DNA of 64,000 nucleotides from assembly GCF_002761295.1 (NCBI RefSeq), contig NZ_CP017881.1, positions 347,213 to 411,212 of the forward strand. Reading direction: 5' to 3'. The first letter of the stretch is position 1, and each line of letters opens with the position of its first letter. Under the pieces are notes generated by a model. The model saw only the letters and a program-made list of their open reading frames with translations, did no database searches and was not told the origin of the DNA. Of this stretch, positions 60,097 through 64,000 are shown piece after piece. The position numbers and the translations under genes are program-made. This DNA comes from Methanohalophilus portucalensis. Its GTDB lineage: Archaea > Halobacteriota > Methanosarcinia > Methanosarcinales > Methanosarcinaceae.

Positions 60097-61743
60097 TCAC
60101 CTTTCCTGCTGCAGCAGGTCTACAAGAGCATCATTTTCAATTGCATCCAGCACGATTTCAGGAGATGTTGCATAGGTTTTCACCAGTAGTGAAATGCTTA
60201 TGTAATCTCTGATTTCATGGTCCAGAAGGTATTCCAGGATCATATGGCGATTCTGCGTTTCTTCCCGCAATTTTTGAGGAGACCAACCCTTTTTCTGTAC
60301 AATGAGTTTTAATACATTGGATTGGCCATTGTGGTAAAATTCATCCTTGGTGGAATCCCACTGGTATAACTCATTGATTCTTATATCCCCGCTCTTGGGA
60401 TCAATGCCTGTAAATTCGACCAGGTTATCCAGTCTGCGTACTCTTTTATCATCCAGGTATACCTGTCTTTGTATACAGAGGATGTCAAGGGACTGGAGCA
60501 TTACATGCGGTACATTGATAGGTTCATTTTCAAGTCTGTTAACCACCGTCTGCACATCACCCGCATGCATCGTGGAATAGGTTGTATGGCCGGTTGAAAG
60601 GGCCTGGAAAAGTGTAAGGGCCTCCTTGCCTCTGACTTCCCCTACAATCAGGTTTTCTGGTCTCTGGCGCAGAGCAGATTTGAGAAGGTCATACATTGAA
60701 ACCTCTCCAGCTCCGCTTCTGCTTATTGAATCCCTCGTGACACCTGCGATCCAGTTGTCATGGTACATCATGATTTCCCTGGTATCCTCGATGGACACTA
60801 TTTTGGAAAGCGGCGGTATGAACAATGAGATTGCGTTAAGCATTGTGGTCTTACCCGAAGCCGTTCCTCCTGCAAAAATGGCACTGAAACCGTTTTCAAT
60901 CGCCAGCCAGAAGTATACCATCATTTCCAGATTACAGGTTCCGAAATTGATAAGATCTACAGGAGTAATCGGGTCTCCCCTGAACTTACGTACATTAAAA
61001 GAACTGCCTCTGGTAGTAATTTCCTTGCCCAGGGTAGCCTGCAGTCTCGATCCGTCGTTAAGAGTAGCATCAACAAGCGGCTCACTTACTGAGATGTGTT
61101 TTCCTGATCGCTGGCAGAGAGTGATCACAAAAGAGTTAAGTTTGTCTTCAGTATATGAAATATTTGTTTCAATATTTAGATATTTTCGATGATAAAGATA
61201 TATGGGTATATCTACCCCATCACATGAAATATCTTCAATATCAGAATCCATCATAAGAGGATTGATTTTCCCAAATCCCAGAAAATTTCGCCTCAGGTAG
61301 TAAAGGATCCTGTATTTAGAAGAAACATCCAGTGGAATATGGTAACGTTTGAAAAGAGAAAGGGCTTTTGAAACAAGGATAATATCCCTGTCAGAATCGG
61401 CACAAGTTGTTTCATCGATTGTGAGAACGTCTTTCAGATCGCTATAGGTGCGCTCCAGAATATCTTTCTCATACACAGAAAGTGAAGGTTCCACAACCAC
61501 ATAACGGTATATACCCAGTCTTTTGAGAATGCTTACGAACACATAGGGTTCATCAACCCAATAGCGTTCAATTTCTTCATATCCTTCTGGAATCTCAAAA
61601 TCTACCAGATCACCATGGATGTCAGGCTCATAAGCAGGTAGTGTTTCAGGGTCTCCTTTCCAAAACTGTAATTTATGAAGAAAAGACCTGTTATATAGGC
61701 ATGCCTGATTATAATCTTCTATCCTATGCGCCAAATCTTTCAT
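60097..61743 (-). CDS. FlaI/ArlI-family type IV pilus/archaellum assembly ATPase
   Basis: Walker A GGTASGKTT; secretion-ATPase Asp and His boxes (SIEDTREI, GEVRGKEA, TGHTTYSTMHA). Confidence 0.8.
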   Translation of the reverse strand: MKDLAHRIEDYNQACLYNRSFLHKLQFWKGDPETLPAYEPDIHGDLVDFEIPEGYEEIERYWVDEPYVFVSILKRLGIYRYVVVEPSLSVYEKDILERTYSDLKDVLTIDETTCADSDRDIILVSKALSLFKRYHIPLDVSSKYRILYYLRRNFLGFGKINPLMMDSDIEDISCDGVDIPIYLYHRKYLNIETNISYTEDKLNSFVITLCQRSGKHISVSEPLVDATLNDGSRLQATLGKEITTRGSSFNVRKFRGDPITPVDLINFGTCNLEMMVYFWLAIENGFSAIFAGGTASGKTTMLNAISLFIPPLSKIVSIEDTREIMMYHDNWIAGVTRDSISRSGAGEVSMYDLLKSALRQRPENLIVGEVRGKEALTLFQALSTGHTTYSTMHAGDVQTVVNRLENEPINVPHVMLQSLDILCIQRQVYLDDKRVRRLDNLVEFTGIDPKSGDIRINELYQWDSTKDEFYHNGQSNVLKLIVQKKGWSPQKLREETQNRHMILEYLLDHEIRDYISISLLVKTYATSPEIVLDAIENDALVDLLQQER

Positions 61744-61826
61744 ACCATTCTCCTTGAAAGAATTAATTATAACTCAGGTTACTATAGGGAGAATAATATA
61801 TATATAAATTTTCACAAAAATAGTGG

Positions 61827-62792
61827 TCAGTATTCTCTACTGACCATATAATCGGCAATTTCAACCAATGTATCTTTAGCCGGAGAATCTTCCAGCAAGT
61901 TAAGTTTGTTCTTACCATCCTCAAGATAGTTATCAGCCATTTCCCTGACATATGCAAGGGTTCCTGATTCTTCCAGTTTTGCAACTGCACTGTCGATTTC
62001 ATCCTGGGTAGCATCTGCTTTGCCAAAGCATTCCAGTTCAACGCCATTATTCAGGGCATGAAGTGCAATAAGGGTCTTCTTCCCTTCTCTCAGGTCACTG
62101 CCTCTAGATTTGCCCAGAATTTCCTCCGGAGTAACCAGGTCGATCACATCATCATGTATCTGGAAACTGATACCTGTAAGGCGACCGAATTCATACATTG
62201 CATCAGCAACTTCATCGGATGCCCCTCCAAGGATGGCACCTACCTTGGCAGCAGCACCATAAAGCACAGATGTCTTGTTTTCTATCATTTCCAGATATTC
62301 ATCCACGTCCACAATATCCCTTTTTTCGAAATCAACATCCAGCCACTGTCCTTCACAGATTTCAGTACAGGTACGGGACAATAGGGCCACACATTTGAGT
62401 AATTTTTGTGGATCAGCATCCATTTTTGAAATGATCTCAAAGGCACGGGAATAAAGGGTATCCCCTGCCAGAATTGCTCCTGCAGTGCCCCATTTTACAT
62501 GAAGTGCCGGCATTCCGCGGCGAATATCATCCCGATCCATAATGTCATCGTGTATAAGTGTGAAATTATGGATCAGTTCAAGGGCAACGGCAGCAGGAAG
62601 CACGGAATCAGAATCCCCGCCCACTGCTTCAGCGGAAAGCATGAGGACTGCCGGACGAAGTCTTTTTCCTCCGGCATCCGGAAGGTACCGTGTTGCACGG
62701 TACAATTCCTCCGGGTGGTCGATGGGCAAAAATTCCTGTATAGATTCATCGACCAGGGTACTGCGTTTTTTTAATTCATCAATTAAATCCAT
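61827..62792 (-). CDS. idsA: geranylgeranyl diphosphate synthase (polyprenyl synthetase)
   Basis: FARM DDIMD and SARM DDVID motifs; start set at MDLIDELKK. Confidence 0.8.
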   Translation of the reverse strand: MDLIDELKKRSTLVDESIQEFLPIDHPEELYRATRYLPDAGGKRLRPAVLMLSAEAVGGDSDSVLPAAVALELIHNFTLIHDDIMDRDDIRRGMPALHVKWGTAGAILAGDTLYSRAFEIISKMDADPQKLLKCVALLSRTCTEICEGQWLDVDFEKRDIVDVDEYLEMIENKTSVLYGAAAKVGAILGGASDEVADAMYEFGRLTGISFQIHDDVIDLVTPEEILGKSRGSDLREGKKTLIALHALNNGVELECFGKADATQDEIDSAVAKLEESGTLAYVREMADNYLEDGKNKLNLLEDSPAKDTLVEIADYMVSREY

Positions 62793-62820
62793 ATTATCCC
62801 AACCAATTATGATTGAAGAT

Positions 62821-63990
62821 TTAATCTTCAATATATAATTCTTCTCCGTTTCTCAATAGATGAAGTGTGTGGCCCAGTTCATAGCCTGCATCTTCAGCCA
62901 TTTCAATATAGGCGCTGTGCATATCGATGTTGCCGTGTGCAGGAATTACATTTTCAGGATTGACGAGTCTTATTAATTCCCAGTGGTCTTCACGGTATGC
63001 ATGTCCGGAAACATGGACATTATCATACAGACGCGCTCCTTTCATTTTGAGTTTTGTCTCAAGAGCATACCTGTTTGCCTGTGTCATCGGAGTAGGGATT
63101 GTGTTTGCTGAGAAAATGACCTTATCTCCCGATTCTATCTTATAGGCAGTATCACCATTGGCAACCCTGGAAAGAATTGCACCCGGTTCGCCCTGGTGGC
63201 CTGTAACGATTGGGAGGTATTTGTCCTTTCCTTTATCCATTATCTTCTTGAATGCTTTGTCAATATCTTTCCGGTTACCGTATATTTCTGTTTTCTTAGG
63301 AAGTTCGATGTATCCCAGCTCACGGGCGGTGTTCACGTACCTGTCCATAGAGCGTCCAAGCAGGATGGGGGTTCTCTTCATTTCTGTTGCAAACTGCATT
63401 ATGGAATTCAGACGGGCAATATGGGATGCGAAAGTGGTTATTATCATGCCCACATCGGATTCTTCAGTTCCAAGCAATACATCACGAACCATATCATGGG
63501 CTATTCTTTCGGAAGGGGTTTTACCTGCCCTTGTTGCATTTGTACTTTCGGCAATCATGGCCACAACACCTTCCTTGCCAAGTTCCCTTAATCTGTCAAA
63601 TGCCGGAGGTTCTCCAAGGGTGGGTGTCCGATCGAGTTTAAAGTCGCATGCATACAAAATGGCACCCCTTGGGGTATGGACTGCAACGAATACCGCATCT
63701 ATGATACTGTGCTGGGTCCTTATCATTTCGATTGAGACATCATCACTAACCTGATATGTGCCGCCGGCCTTTACGGATATTATCCTGTTCTTCACACCAA
63801 ATTTGCGTTCAGAATCGATCTGGTGCTGTATCAGGGCAGAGGTGTACGGCGTCCCGATTATTGGGGCTGCATATCTGTGTGCCAGTTTTGAAATAGCACC
63901 TATGTGATCAAGGTGGCCGTGTGTGCAAACAATTGCACATACATTCCCGTCAATCTCTTTCATTATTGTGTCGTCAGGGATAGCACCCAT
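62821..63990 (-). CDS. rnj: ribonuclease J (metallo-beta-lactamase/beta-CASP), 5'-partial at the window edge
   Basis: HxHxDH motif (CTHGHLDHIG) and beta-CASP motifs; ORF runs off the window end. Confidence 0.75.
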   Translation of the reverse strand: MGAIPDDTIMKEIDGNVCAIVCTHGHLDHIGAISKLAHRYAAPIIGTPYTSALIQHQIDSERKFGVKNRIISVKAGGTYQVSDDVSIEMIRTQHSIIDAVFVAVHTPRGAILYACDFKLDRTPTLGEPPAFDRLRELGKEGVVAMIAESTNATRAGKTPSERIAHDMVRDVLLGTEESDVGMIITTFASHIARLNSIMQFATEMKRTPILLGRSMDRYVNTARELGYIELPKKTEIYGNRKDIDKAFKKIMDKGKDKYLPIVTGHQGEPGAILSRVANGDTAYKIESGDKVIFSANTIPTPMTQANRYALETKLKMKGARLYDNVHVSGHAYREDHWELIRLVNPENVIPAHGNIDMHSAYIEMAEDAGYELGHTLHLLRNGEELYIED

Positions 63991-64000
63991 CTCAATTAGC

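Noticed and set aside
1-64000. CRISPR arrays or rRNA genes
   Set aside because: No regularly spaced direct repeats were found and no rRNA-like conserved segments were seen anywhere in the window.

Overview
This 64-kb window looks archaeal, most likely from a Methanosarcinales-type methanogen. The evidence is a methanogen marker protein 2, a NifB-like radical SAM, Pth2, archaeal-type tRNAs and a PGF-CTERM surface protein.

The first ~16 kb is core genome: truD, pth2, an ATP-grasp ligase, a glutamate-synthase-like flavoprotein, a queC / unknown gene / queE / queD preQ0 operon, the NifB-like gene with marker protein 2, and further radical SAM genes.

A tRNA-Thr(GGU) at 15917-15988 is followed directly by a frameshifted tyrosine-integrase pseudogene. 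A degenerate copy of the tRNA 3' end lies at 43043-43069. Together these delimit a ~27-kb integrated island (about 15989-43069).

The island carries:
- a 1.6k-aa LVIVD/PKD surface protein with a PGF-CTERM anchor;
- a transposase fragment;
- a minus-strand operon of an RHH regulator, an ESCRT-III (Snf7)-like protein, a MIT-domain Vps4-like AAA ATPase and a 391-aa unknown protein;
- an SPFH/band-7 protein with a zinc ribbon;
- three paralogous single-pass membrane proteins that share a ~300-aa cytoplasmic module (beta-sandwich, CP motif, DS[IVL][IV]QRS motif) but have different extracellular domains (a tandem-repeat domain, an FGE-sulfatase domain, or an unknown domain);
- a DUF262/DUF1524 (GmrSD-like) nuclease and a PPP-family phosphatase.

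Downstream is a defence-rich stretch. It holds a UvrD-type helicase fused to a PD-(D/E)XK nuclease. The 3' end of that gene is duplicated as a ~195-bp direct repeat flanking an inserted mcrBC-like cassette. An RNase HI and a PD-(D/E)XK-like protein follow.

The window ends with an ArsR-like regulator, an AhpD-like protein, a transglutaminase-like lipoprotein, tRNA-Met and tRNA-Asn, an AmmeMemoRadiSam radical SAM, an archaeal type IV pilus/archaellum-like locus (pilin-like protein, FlaJ-like, FlaI-like), GGPP synthase and a 5'-partial RNase J.

Two homopolymer-associated frameshifts (A8 at 16776-16783, G8 at 27814-27821) and a Vps4 start without a canonical initiation codon suggest either homopolymer sequencing errors or genuine decay of island genes.
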